Assembly (NCBI RefSeq): GCF_009914755.1
Contig: NC_060937.1
Strand: one strand, 5' to 3'
Source of the DNA: the human T2T-CHM13v2.0 reference genome, Homo sapiens
DNA length: 64,000 nucleotides
Shown: piece by piece, positions 14,278 to 29,616 of the stretch
How positions within the stretch are numbered: position 1 is the stretch's first letter
Layout of the letters: each line of letters begins with the position of its first letter
Position numbers and translations under genes: made by a program
Notes under the pieces: model-generated
Seen by the model: the letters and a program-made list of their open reading frames with translations, nothing else
Database searches by the model: none
Told to the model about the DNA's origin: nothing

Positions 14278-15847
14278 GTTGGTGACCTACAAGCTATGAA
14301 AATAACATTTTAGGATTTTAAATAAATGAGCTGAGTCATTGCAGGGAGCCACCAGAATCTTCCTGGCAAAAACAAATTCCTTTGATGTGTTTGGCAAGGC
14401 GTGACATTAAGTGTATTCCCTGGAAATTTGTCATTCTTTATGACTTACCGATTTTAACATCTTGCAGCCAACATGAGAGGAAATCTAACAGGCTCCCTTT
14501 ACAACATGACAGAAGCTTATGAGCCCCATTCTGTTTGCCCGTGTGTCAGATTCATACCTTGTCAGTAAAGCATTTTGTCATATTTACCCATAGCAGGAGT
14601 CAGAGGAGCCAAAATTGAAGAACTAAGGTTGATTTCTTTGTGCAGAGTTGGTCTCTCATAAGTGCATGTTCAACCTGGACTTCCCCAGCTCGTTCACGTC
14701 TCAGTCAGCTCCCCCTTTTTTCTGTTTCTCTTTGCCCTGCTTCTCACCTGCCATACAGTGAAAATGTCACCATCCTTTGAAGCCCATTTGTTGGCAAAAG
14801 CTTCATAATTGGAAACACTTTATTATAGTCTGTGATCCATTTGAATGGTAGACCCTAGGGGCCAATGAAAGCTACAGCTAGACTTGCAGAAAAAGAAAAT
14901 AACCTGAGACAAAATTACAGGCAAATGTTTACCAGAAACAGGAGAAGATGGTTCCAGATTTTGTAAATACCTTCAACAACATCAGAGTCCATCCTTGACT
15001 CATTTTAGGAAGTAGAGGTTTGAAGTGAGAAGGGCAGATTAGAGCAACAATGGGAAACCACGCAGTCCATGACACCAGAAATTATTTGGAAGTTTCTTGC
15101 TGTAAAACCACCAAAAGTGCATAGGTGGCAAAAACAAATGGTAGCTAAAAGCTTTGATAAAAATATGACGATTACTGGAAAGTAGACATAAATTGCATCT
15201 TTAAAAAGTGATAGGGAGAATATCTATGAGTAAAAATATATGATAATTGATGAGTCAAAGGATGGGGACTTGGCTTTAGAAATGACATGAGCTGATGATT
15301 CAGAATTGCTGAATAGGTCCAAAAGTGGCCCAGTCTAAGTAAAACAGGGAGGGAAGACTGGATTGACACTCGCACACTCATCTGTCTATGACAAAGAACA
15401 AAGAACCTAGAATTTTGGCATTGATGAGTAATGATTTAATTGTCTGTGCCACCCAATCTTTTTCTTTGTTATCTTTTTTCCTTTTCTTTTTTTTTTAACT
15501 AATAATGAAATTTGAACTTTAAATAACAATCTGAAGGAGGAAGCTTACTCAGTCTGAAGTTGTCAGTGATGCACATCAGTGCCAAAAGATTGGATAAAAA
15601 GGGAAGGAGGAAGAAGGAGGAATTACTAACCAAAAGTGATGTCTGCCAACCCCTCCAGAGTCAGTGACATAGGGGTGGGATTCACATATATCAGCATTTA
15701 TTCTGTCTATAGGTAACTGAAGTCAGTTCAATGGAATCATTACTGAGATTTTGAATAAGTAATTATATAGTAGTAGTCCACGGATGATGTAACACTAAGA
15801 TATTCTTATTGTATTATTTTGCTTTTAAAGACTACTTACAGATAATG

Positions 15848-15912
15848 ATATACATATATGTATATGTATGTGTATATATGTATATGTGTGTGTGTGTGTA
15901 TATATATATATA
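15848..15912. repeat. Compound (TA)/(TG) microsatellite
   Basis: Directly visible. Confidence 0.9.
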
Positions 15913-18576
15913 TCTGTGAGATAGATGTATGTGTATGAGGGAGAGAGAGAGGGAGAATTTTTATTTGTAGAAGAAAGCAAGGGAATCTGTAATAATTATT
16001 TCACTAAGAGAGTGATTGGCAGTAACCACAATATCTGAGCAGTGGTCCCTCTGATAGACCACTGTAAAGTACAGGTCAAATATGAGAGGAGACCAGAAGA
16101 CAAATTGGTAAGCCCTGCCAGCCATCATTTCTTCTATATTGGTGCTTTTGCTAGGATTGCAGCTGAGGATAGCATTAAATTGAAACATACATTGGGACTT
16201 TCAACAAGAGCATTAAAATTTATTTTAAATGGGAAAGGGATCCCATTTCATGGCACTAATCTATTTTCTCCACACTTTTCACCTGCCTAAAAGAAGCTGA
16301 AAACACAAGACAAAAAAATTAAAAGGAAAGAGAAATAAATGTGCTCATTCACTGAGTATATTTGCTTATGAGTTCCCTGTTGTCTAGTCAGAAAAGACAG
16401 TATTTCTTCAGCTTCTTCACGATGTAACCTATGATATACTTTATACTACCAGACAAATAATCAACTTCACAGAAATGAAGCATATTCATACTTCACTTTT
16501 ATATTGGTCTGACAAAGGAAAAAAAGATTTTGTTAAAAAATAAATAAATAAAACAAAAAACACTCATTCCTAACCTGGAAAGTTAGACTCCTCAGTTTCA
16601 AAAGCAAAGCATTTTTTAGATATGTGTTGCTAATTACAGAAAGAATTCCTCCTAGTCAATTCTGTTTTTAATTAATACAGGGATTCAATCAGAAGCTGTT
16701 AGGCTGCAGGGACAACAAGGTTGTATCGGATGGTTATTCTATCTGTAGCATTATTTCCAAATTGCTAAGAGTTATAATGTGTGTTTTCATTAACCAGTCA
16801 GTTCATCCTTTAGTCCTGAGTGGTTAGCATGAAATGAATGGTTACTCTTTTCCATATTTTTAAAAGCAGTGCTGGAGGACAGAAGTGATTAGAATTATAT
16901 TTTGCTGTGTTAAGTGGTATACAGTGTTAGCTAGAAATTCATTTCTTTTAACTGAAAATAGTAATTTCGTTGTCATTCTAATGCGTCTTGGAGATCTGGC
17001 AGGTTTTCTCTTCTCTCTTTAACTTTAATCAGACCCTGTAGAAGGAAAGCCTTGAATCATCAATATGAGATGGTAACTCTGTAATTCTTATACTCTCCAA
17101 CATTGTAGCAATTCAGTAAGCCTTGGTGCACATTTGATTTCCTTCTGTTTCAGATGAGGATAGAGATGTGGTATCTTCAGTACTATTACTTTTGTATGCC
17201 GATCTATGCACCTGTGTCTGCTTTTCATGCTTTAGGTAGTCACAGGTTTGTAGTCGCACATGAGGTACTGGAATTTTTAGTATTTAATAAAAAATAATTC
17301 CTCTCATCTACAGAGTATATTACAACTATTCATAGTTTTTATTTTATTTTATTTGAGCCTAATAACTCTATGCAGAAAAGGAAAGTAGACAGCACGTACA
17401 GGAGTGACCTTATTTTAGATTTGAGGTAATGGAACGTCACAGAGAGCCCTTGTCTTAATTAGAGATCAGTGTACTGATCAAAATACTAGGTGCAGTTAAT
17501 ATTCAGTTTCAGTGGGAGTGCCACTTTGCTGAGACCAACGTCTAGCTTTTCCTATGTCATGTTCTTTCCACTGCATTTAACTCAATCTGTATCTTCTAAT
17601 ATAACTATCTGAAGTCATTTTGCTCATATTACAGGACTTGGAAGGGGTAGATTATGCATCACAGTACAAGCTTTGATCAAAGGCACTTATACCGTTTATT
17701 CATCTGAGCAGCCTGCCCCTTGTACAGTGTCTTTTTTATGTTTATAATTCACCCAGCAAATGAAGGAAAAACAAGCAGACTACTTCCCATTACAGGGTGA
17801 CTCTGATCAGAATCCTTTTCAACCCAAACTGTCAATCAAACTGACCCTGAAATAGCACAATGCCTTTGCACCCTCATTCCCAACTACATCTTGGAAACAA
17901 GAGGAGAAGGAAAAGGAGGAGTAAGGAAAGGAGACGATAGAGAAGGAGAAGAACTGGAATCAAGTGAAGAGTCTCAGGAAGCATTTGATGTCAATTCTAA
18001 TTCTGAGGGTTAAGACCTAGATGTGACTCAGGCCATCCAGAGGAAAGGACAGGGGTGGGGGCAACTCATAGGCGGTGCTGGTGGAAATGCATGTCAAAGG
18101 AGCATCGCTGCACCTTCGCAGCTAGAGCAAAGGCAGTTTGAAAACAGTTTATTAGGCTATTCCGCAGATCCACACAGTTTACAGTATACCGAGTTTTGCT
18201 CACGTGCCAATTCTCAGCGAGACATTCCCTGGCTACTAGATTTTAAATTCTCACTATCCTCGACCTTCGTACTGCATCTTCTCATCCTCTTCTCTGCTTT
18301 GTTCTCCTCCATGGTGCCTGGGACCTTCTGTTACGCTTCAGATTGCAGTCCTTAACATGCTGTTCACCACCTTTCCTCCATAGCGTGGGAACTCCATCAC
18401 GAGGGCTTTGTGTCTGCAGCTTACTGCTGCATCCCCAGCATAGAAGCCAGAGAAAGACACAGGACAGACACTCTGTGCCTGGATGCTGGGCCAAGAAATG
18501 AGTTTCTGTAAATAAGAAACTACCAAACAATACAGTACACTTGATGTGGATGCAAAGACATGTAAGAATTTTTACA

Positions 18577-18880
<304 letters not shown>

Positions 18881-21198
18881 TTTTTAAAATTTATTGTTTT
18901 GAAATGAAATAAGAATCCAATGGATTTTTAGCTTTATATCTACGTGTATAAGATACATGTATTAATGCATTAATTCTATAATTAAAAATAATTTTAAAAT
19001 TTTGAAACTACTACATAAATGTAATTTTAGCATAGAATACTATATAGGGTCAAATTAATTATTTTAAACATTTGTGAGAAAGCTGTAAGTCACACTGCAT
19101 TTTGCACCAAAACATTTTTGTGTTCCAATATATAATTTCTGTTGTGTCTTTTATACCACTAGACTGTACTTCTCAAAGGAATCTTGTGCCCTTTTTCATA
19201 GAATTTGAACTGGTCACCATAAGTTTTGGCAAAGTCATACATGTTGCTGTTTCCTTAACATACTCAAAATTGCTACTTTTACATAATGTGGTTTGATTTT
19301 GAAGAAAGGAAAATCAGGATATAGTGGTGGCTAGAAGGGAATCTTTCACGTTGGTGGCTTCTTATGTTTACAGTGAAATGACATATTTTAAAAACATGGT
19401 GGACTAGTCAGAGCCACGTCCTTATTTGCAAAGTGGGATTTATGTAACTTGTTTGCAAAAAGGAATGGAAGTATTTTGAAATGATTTGAGTAAGACCTGC
19501 ATGACTAACTTCTAGTGCTGTTTTCTGTCGCAGCAGATATAGTTTTCTTTATGAAACGAAGAGTTCATGGATTACCTCACTATGGAAAAATATCCAAATA
19601 GTTTGAATTAATTCCTGGTTTGAAAACAAGTTAAATTAAGCCAGTAGTTATTAACCATCTGCTATTTGTTTCATTATTGTTATTATTCAGGTATTTTCCT
19701 TATCTGAACATATGCATTTTAAATTCAGTGCTATCTTAAGGTAACTTGGAAAGGATCCCTCTGGAACTGTGTATAGTTAATCAAAGACTATTTGCCCGAA
19801 TTTCTCCAAGCCACAGAAGAGTGACTGGACAGCAGTTAGGCCCCTGTGGAACATGCTTGTTTTTCATGTTATATCATTTATGTAAAATGAAAACCTCTGA
19901 AGCTAATTCTAAGTGGAAAAATAAGTGGTATAATCTGATTTTCACACATTTTATATGCATCAACTGGTTATAGGATGATTTCTTCTGTGTAGTTATTTGA
20001 ATGCTATATTCATTTTAAAGCCATCTGGAGGGATGACGAATGAAGAAACAAATCTGTCAGAGTCGGTCCATGTGATACCAGGGGTGCTGCTTCGGAACAC
20101 AGGCACTCACACAGCACTGGGAGAGTCGAGAGGGGCACTGCACCGATGTGGCTCTGTGCAGAAAGGCTTTCCCAGTGGTACTTTTCACTGATAGTTCAAG
20201 AAGATGTCGAGAACTTCGGGGTGAAAGAAGTTTTGTGGGTAGGCAAAGAAGAGTGGCCTGTGTGTCCCGTTTGAGGCAGGAACTTGTGATACCTGTTTCT
20301 GGAAATTGTGGAAGGAGAAGTTGAGATCTTAACCTTAGAGATAACATATCGTCTATGATTTTAAGGATGAGGAGTCAGACACACAGATCCTTCTGGTGGC
20401 TTACTCAAGATTATAATACAGACAGGAAGAAAGAAACAAAATTAGAACACCAACTTCATCCCAAGTACCGGCATGATACGATACTTACTCTAGTGTGTGT
20501 GCATGCGTGTATGTAAAAGAGACAGAGAGAGAGGCTCTGAAAGAAATAACAAAGGGTACTCAACAAAAAACATACTCCAAATTGTAATGAGATATACTTT
20601 TCCTATTTGTGTTTACTTGTGAACAAAGAAATTCACAATCTTTGTTTTTATCACAATCTTCTAATGTAATGTTTACGGAATAGTCTAGATTTTATTACCC
20701 AAATAGTTTGAAATAAGTCATAGTTTGAAAATGAGTTAAATTAAGTTATGATCTTTGAAGGATTTGCTCTTATATTGCCAAGAACTGCAACATTAACATT
20801 TTACCATAACATTACATAAAATCAGTTGGATGAAGGTTTTATTATTTCATTAATCTGCAGTAGTACAGTAGAGAAAATAAAATAGAAGAGCAAGGAACTG
20901 TTAAAGTTTTAACTACCTCTCACTTTTTTTACATTCTCTATGATGAGACAATTGTATTAGGGCCCTTACTTCTTATTAGTACGATAAATTAATGGTTTAT
21001 AACCTTTGTTTTACTACTCAGGGAACACTTCATAAATCAACTATAATTACAAGCTAGAAAATAGCCTATAAAATGATTCTTTCTTCTGTATCCTTTCTCC
21101 TTCTCTGGAATTATAAATGTTGAAAATAATAAGCATTAGGAACCTAAGAGTACACCTTGAAACTATGTACATTCTGTTTGGAATCACCATATATATTC

Positions 21199-21264
21199 AT
21201 ATTATATTATATTATATTATATTATATTATATTATATTATATGTGTGTGTGTCTGTGTGTGTGT
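21199..21264. repeat. (ATATT)n pentamer repeat followed by (TG)n
   Basis: Directly visible. Confidence 0.9.
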
Positions 21265-24200
21265 ATTTCCTTTCTTCTTTTGTGCCAAACACATGCATAC
21301 ACACACGCCATATACATATATGACACATTTTTGTTATAAAAGTAGTATGTATCCTTGATAGGAAATTTGAAAAAGAAAAAAACTGAGGAAGAAAATACAA
21401 TCTACCAGAATTGAACTACCTAAAGATAACTACTGAAAATATTTGGTGCGTATTCATTCACTTTGTTTTTAAAAATGATATTACATGTATTTGATCCTTA
21501 CTCAGTGTGTCTTTCTCTCTTTCCACACTTAACTTCCTGAGGACAGGTGTCATGTCGCCGTGTTCTTTTGTATTTTTACATGTGTGCACATGTGTGTGTT
21601 TCACTATGACATCTCTTACAGGGTCTGGCACATAGTGTGTATGAAACTTGTGTTTGTTGAATGAATGAATGAATAAATGAACCTCCTACTGATGACCACA
21701 TCTTCCCTTTGCAAATGAAGGTATCTGCAGTGCGTTTGGGTGATATGTGTGATAGTTTCTGCCTTTAGAGTAATTTTACATTTTTTCACTCAGCTTCATT
21801 ATGCATGAAGAGTAATATCTTAGAGTACTATCTGGCACCTACTAATTGCTGATTAAAACTGACTAGGCCTATGCCTAATCCAACTTTGATTGCTTAGAAA
21901 TCCATCTGTTTTCCTCTACTTCAAGTTTATTGATTGACTGATTCAACAAGCATTTACTGATCACCATATGAGTTCCCCCAAATTAGGCAAGGCAATTGCG
22001 ATGGCTCACAGTCTGCTGGGGGAGAAACAGTCAGCTTTAAACTAATAAATAATCACAGGTTAGGATCCAGGTGCAAAGAGAGCAAATGGGACACTGCAGT
22101 AGTGAACTGGAGGGTTCCTGACCTAGACAGGGCAGTTGTCATGCAGGGCATTTCTGGGAGGGTCACATGCAGGCCCAGATCTGAAGGGTGAGAAGGAGCT
22201 GGGGACGTGCTGAGGCAGGACCAAGGGGCCCAGGGTGAGGGGCCCGAGTGTGCTGAGCCCCCGAGGTGAGGACATCCTGGGAGAACTGACAGGAGAGTAG
22301 GAGGGCTGGGGACAGAACCAGATGAGAACGGGAGACAGGGATGCTACAAAGCCATGTTTCTCAACCTTTATGTTTTCATTATTGCCCCACTAAGGAGAAA
22401 AACTGAGAGAATTAATAAAGAATTGAGTTCTGGGGAGGCAAAAATAACTTTGCTATTACAACAGTTTCTGACCTTCAAAGCTCAGTCCTGCTGGATAATA
22501 TGAGGCCCCTAACAACTACTGAAAGAGGGGTGTTTGTGTCTGTTCCTACTGAGAGATCCAACTCCATATCTTCTATGTCAATATAAATTTCCCCAACTTC
22601 AAGATTATTTAGTCATTCGATAAGCATTTACTGAGCACGTATTATATGCCAGAAGCCTTGTAATTACTAACACGTTTTTCTTCTCAAGAACCAGTTGTAC
22701 CCACTGGACAGGATCACCACAAGGAGAAGGTGTGTTTAGAGCTAAATGGGTCGGAACCAGTGGGACTTTATGTGTCAAAGTGCAGCATTCTATTTTAGGT
22801 TCAATGCATGCTACTGATAAGTTTTAGAGAGGGTAGAACATGACCTGATTTATGCTTTAAATGTAAAAAAGTGGTATTAGAGAGCAAGAACAGAGCTGGG
22901 AAACGAGTTCCCAAGCCAATGTGGCAGCTCAAGCAAGAGAGAGCCATGGTGGATGGGACAAGGGAGGAAGCCGAGAACACGAAGGGAGGGGAGAGGACCT
23001 CACCGTGGCAACAATGAAGGTGCTTGTTAAGTTACATTGACCTGAAGGTGGAATCTCTTTTAAAACCAAAATATTAATGTAGATCAGGAATATACTCAAG
23101 CTCTTTTAAAAAACGAACTTGCTCCATAAAATATGTTTGGAGCTCTAGATGATGGAAAAGACTCGGCCCTTTAGGGCTGAAAACAGAAGACAGTTCACAA
23201 AATTAGATGGGATTCTCAAAGCAAACGTGAGCACACCACAGGACAGACATATGCAGAATTAGGAAAGCAATGCCAGAACTTCTGAATAGCTACAAATAGT
23301 CCTAAAGATGCACTACATAAGATCAGATGTGCAGGATAAAAAACCATGGTATCATGTTTTTAGAAGAAAAGCACACATCAAAATATGTAAATGCCATCAA
23401 CTTGGCAGATGACAATAGGACAAGGGCTCCCACACCCCAGGGAGTGCCAAAGGCCATGACCATGTTTGTGTTACTGTTTGGCCATTTATGACATACAGTC
23501 CCATGGGGCAAACCATTATTGACATGATGTAGGCCATTTTGTTAAAAAGAAAGATCAAATGTGTGCTCTGACTGAATATATTAACTTATCAAATACATTT
23601 TCCTCTGTGCTTTTGAAGCTAATTACCTTTGTTTGGGTGTGGCTTTGGTATGCTTTTTCACAATGTGTCTCTTTGGGAGAAGTGATTTTCTTTAAGCACT
23701 CTTGACCATATCAATATGATTTCCATAATGAAATAACGTATAGAATTACATAGTGAGTCATTCACTAGTAAGCTCAAAATAGTAACTTTTATTCATCACT
23801 GCCTGCTATGCAGGTCATACTGTTCTAGGTAAGAATAATTAATTTTTCTTAAACTATAATTATATGTAATTCAAGCCAAACCACCTTCTTCAAATACCAG
23901 AAGATACAGTGCTCTATTAGATGTGTGTGGCTGTAATTATCTTTTCTGTGTTGAAGTTAAACTTCAGGAATAGTCTATTTATAACAAAGAGAACATGTAT
24001 TTTCATATAAATGTATCCTTTGAGAACGTTTAAAAGTACATTCAGACATTCAGAGCCAGGCTGAACATTAGAATTTTTCTATTTAGTAGCTTTTCAAAGC
24101 AACCATGAAAATGTAGAGTGTGGAGGTATTAATAGTAAAATATTCACACACAAAAAAGTAATGGTCATTCTTAGAAATTTAACGAATGAAATGGGGGAAA

Positions 24201-25055
24201 TGTGAATTCAGCCTGGAGAGGATGCCTTTAGTTCAATGGTTTCTTTACTGAGCTTGTTGAAAGGATAGACAATATTCTACTCATCCTTGTGGTCCCAGCA
24301 TCTGTGCCCTGCTGGTATGAAGAAGGTGCTTGGCAAACATTTGATTTACGAATGGATACATGAATGAATGAATGAAGGTGAATGAATGAATGAACTAATG
24401 AGTGAATGGGATGTTCAGAGCAGACAGATGGTAGGATGACGGATGAACAAATGTGAGAAAAGGAACATCAGGAAAAATATAAATATAATGCAACTGAGTG
24501 TTATGAGAAAATGATATTGATCCAGGAATGAATTATAGGTAAAGGCCTTTTCATGGCACACATGTAGAAATGTTGGGATTTTGAGATTTGTTTCCCTTGG
24601 AAGAGATGACCTGGTAGGCACAGAAACTGTTTCACATAGCAAAAATAGAACAGGGTTGTGAAGGAGCACAATGACATTCTGAGATCAGCAGGAAGGAAAG
24701 CAAATCTGAGGGGAGAACTCTGCAGACATCAGAACACATGAAAAGATTGTGTTGTTCATATCACCATCAATAAAGCTATTCTTAACAAACTGGGAACAGA
24801 TTTACATTGCTGGGCACTTTAAAAAATACTAGGGCATTTTTCCAGAATACTGATATGTGAAAGATGTGACTACTTTTGATGCAACTACGATAGTACATAT
24901 CCTTTGAAAAAGCTGGAAGTATTTACTAGACTAGGGCTGCTTTTAGAGCAAGAGGGGTTAACATTTTTAAAGATTAATTTTGTATGAAAATAAAGCATTT
25001 TAATTGCAGAAAAGAAGCTAGCATTCACAGTAAGACCTTTCTCATTAAAATATAA

Positions 25056-25385
<330 letters not shown>

Positions 25386-25856
25386 ATTGTAGACTTAAAA
25401 ATAAAGGGATAGCATCTAACCCAATCCTGACAACAGTAATGATATTATTCAGTGAAAACTCCATTCATAAGAATGCTATGGGCCCTGTACAATATATAAA
25501 GAAGGTTCACATTGGTTTTCTGCTTCAGGAGAGTATACGGGAAGCTAAAATAATAGTAAATAGCATCTCTTTTAGAGAAATAAAAAAGGGTTAGCTCATA
25601 TTATGGAGGGCTTTATAGGCAACATAAAATCATTGAAGTTTCTAGAAGACCAATAAATTGAAGTCAGTGAGCAAGGTGAGTTAAAAAGCAGATAAAGGAG
25701 AGATGATGAGTTAAATTCTAGATTTTAGTCGGTAATAATCCTATATCAGAGGTGATGGCACTGGAAATATGAAACTCAGCATCTTTGTTTCTTTAATCCT
25801 ATTAGATGTATTTTAATAAAATAAATCAAATAGTTTAAATAAGTTGAAAATATTTA

Positions 25857-26177
<321 letters not shown>

Positions 26178-26679
26178 TTAAATATCTGAGGTCATGTTAT
26201 AGCAAGTGCTTATTCAAAGCATTTTTTAAAATTCTGCCTTCTCCATTGTACACATCCATTTACTTTCATTTCCTTCACCTTAATACATGTGAATTATGAG
26301 CTTTATACTTTTCCAACATTATCTGAGCTTATAAATATCTCACAGTTAAGTTGAATAGTCAGACAGATACACAAATAAGAAGAAAACCAGGACTTCAGTG
26401 CTACTGTAGAGATGTATACAAGGTACACTAGTGACATGGATGTACTACTGTAATTGATTTATTATTATAAGATACACACTAAACAGGAGAAAAATGAATT
26501 CCCACTTTGGATCAGAAAGCAATATGATATAGTTGGAGAGTAAGTAAGCTTGAATGTATTGAATAAGTTCTAGAAGCCTACTATACAACATTTCACTGCT
26601 ATTTAACAACACTGCATTATATGCTTAAAATTTTATTAAGAGGCTAGATATCAGGCTAAGTGTTCTTACCGCAAATTTT

Positions 26680-26772
26680 AGAGGGAAGGTGAGGGAGGGA
26701 GGGATGGAGAGAGGAAGAAGGAAGGGAGGAAGGAAGGAAAAGAAGGAAGAGAGGGAGGAAGGGAGGGAGGAG
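26680..26772. repeat. Purine-rich (GGAA/GGGA)n tract
   Basis: Directly visible; follows an old L1 3'-end fragment at about 26560-26675. Confidence 0.85.
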
Positions 26773-27594
26773 ACTAAAAGGGCCATACAATAAAAAAGTC
26801 TAATAAACCTTTCAAAGGCATTTGAACATCATCCTGAAAATCATTACAGGCCACTAAATAATTTTAGACAAGAAAGGAACATAATGAGATTGATATTTAG
26901 AAAGATCACGCTGAATATAGTTTAAAAAATGGACGCATGTAGACCCATGATAATTTATGGAGCTACTGAAATTATTCATAGAAGTAAACAGGAAGTGGGT
27001 TCTAGAAACCTCAATAGAACTTATGACTAAATGGGGACTGGGAGAAAAGCTGTAAACATACTTAGGTGATGCTTGGGGTTCTGGCTTGGGTGATGAGGTG
27101 ACGACGACTCCATTAGCCTAGAAAGGCAAGAGTGGGTAGGGATGGATGAGATGGGAAAGTGTGGGAGAAATGACCTGTGGAAATCTTTAGGGCTTGAGGT
27201 GCTCAGGGAACACCCAGGTAGATGGTCCTTTTGGTCACTGAGCTAGAGAATCCAGGATAAGATGGAAACATATGAGTGAGGCTAGGGTGCCTATGAAACA
27301 TCGACATAAATGTGTGCACAAGGAGATGGGCTCCATAGGTATGGACTCGGGGATAAGATGAGCTCTCACGAGCAGTCTGTATTGAAAGCTTTTGGAATAA
27401 TGAACTTACCAGGAAGATGATGAAAAGTAAGAGGAGAATTCAGTGAAGAACTCTGAGGATAGCTAACTTTTCACTGGGGAGCAGCAACATAGCAGCTTTG
27501 GACAAACATTGGAACAGAGATGACAGACACACAGAGCAGGGGACCAGGTGAGCTTGTCAAAGAAGTTAAGCTTCAAGAAAAGAGAGTGACCCAG

Positions 27595-27760
27595 GGTCTT
27601 ACCCCTGAAAATGTGGTCCACAGACCACCGTCACCGACATCATTTAGGAATGTGTTAGAAATGCAGAATGAATCACTGGCCCCATCCCAACCCACTGGAA
27701 CAGAATCTACATTTTGACAAGATCCCAAGCGATTAATATGCATTTTTCAGTTTGAGACTT
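27595..27760. mobile_element. MER5A-like hAT DNA transposon remnant
   Basis: gtggtcc...gttagaaatgcagaat...cagaatctacattttgacaagatccc...agtttgaga. Confidence 0.7.
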
Positions 27761-29616
27761 TATAGGATCAAGGGTGTGTGCTTCTTTTAGTCTGGAGCCT
27801 AGAGAGCTCCGATTCATCTTATCTCTGGCACTAACTTTCTGTGTGGACTGTGTGAATGTCATACGTCCTCTCTAAAACATACCTTTTTCTCTTGAAAACT
27901 GAAGAGGTTGATCAAGATGATTTCTGAGATCTAACTAGAACAGTGTGGGTTATGGGCACTCTGTTTCTTTGCACCTCCTTTGTAGATTATTAATCCTACT
28001 AGTGTAGTCTATTGTGGATATCACAAGTGCACATTTCCTTAGAGGAAATTGTACTATTATTCCGAAATAAATTCTATCCAATTTTCTATGTCTCCATAAG
28101 TAACTGAAGTGTTTTATGTTGTTTTAATTGACGTGTCCTTCTTCTGTCAAAGCAGAACCATGTGACCTGAGCTTTCTCCTTTACTTTACCTGCATGGGAA
28201 ACAATTACTGATTGTATTTTTTAGTAGCAGTAAATGAGTAAACTAAATTAAGTGACACATACAATACAAATAATATATGCCTCTTCAACTCCCAAAGAAT
28301 GCATAGATATAACAAAATGAGAGGCGTCACTATTTTTCTAAACTACCAATATGTAAGAAGAGTTCTACATTAGATGTTTTTCTCAATTTCATTAATATAG
28401 AGAGAAATGTGCATCATAGAAAAATATCAAAGGATAATAGCTATATTTTTCCTTTGTAAATGCTATTTCAAAAGTACTGCCAGAAACACTCAGCACTCCT
28501 AAAAATTGTCTTTTAAAAAAAAAGAAGTGCTCTACAGGTTCCCTTGAAGTCTCTACTAACACAGCTTCCGTGCCACCTACACTCTAGCACAACCACCGTT
28601 CCAGCATTTGTCTGTACCTCCACAGCCTACACCTCTCAAAAAAAAAAAAAAAAAAAAAAAAAAACACCTAAAAATTGTAACAGTAATTGGAGCTTTGGAA
28701 GTCATCAATGACAATTTTGTTTAATCTTTTAAAATCTGTCACCTAACAAGAAAAAAAACCTAATGGTTTTCTAATAAAAATAGCGATGACTGTAATTCAC
28801 AGATGGTTTACTTTTACAGGAGTCAGAATGACATTAACATTTTAATCTCAGCTAGGAACACTCTGCATCTAGCAGTGCACAGGGAGAGGGCTCAGTTGGA
28901 GAACATTTTAACCTCTCCTTTTCTCTGCTAGTGAGAAACATTCTTTGATGTGAGAATGCCACCAAAATGAAAAACGTAGGTGATCTGAACCTTTGGTCTA
29001 ATTTTAATGAATCTTAATTTATTGGATTTGATATAACACTGTAAGACTGATTATACAGTAACATTCATTCCACAGGAAAAAAAAATCAAAAATGGTCAAT
29101 AATTTTCTTTCGGTCAATGTCATTAATAGACAATGTAAATCCATGAAAATTCAGAATATATGTGATCTTATCTTTGTTTCCTGCTAAAGAAGGATTCTTA
29201 AATTTGTATCTTCATTAATCCCTAGCATCAGTGAAAGTAGAGAACTGTAAAGACTGCATTCAGAATGGTTTCTGAGGAAGAACTGCAAAATATTACTTAA
29301 CTGCTAATTTCATTGCTTTCAGAAAGACCAAACATTTACTACAAGTATAGCATCTCAAAAAAAACAAACAAACAAACAAAAAACAGCAAAGTCAAACAAA
29401 TGCTAAAACATCCAATGAGTATCTCCAAATATTGCCAACCCACAAATAAATTATATAGTACAAAACTATATGAAATAAAATGGTCCATTGGATACCCATA
29501 AAATATGCCCAAGTAGTTGATTGGAGAATTTTTTACAAAATAATCTGAATGTAATAGCAGCAAGCACAATACCCAGGCATTGCAACAAAGTGTTTAGCCA
29601 TGTCTTGATAGGATGC

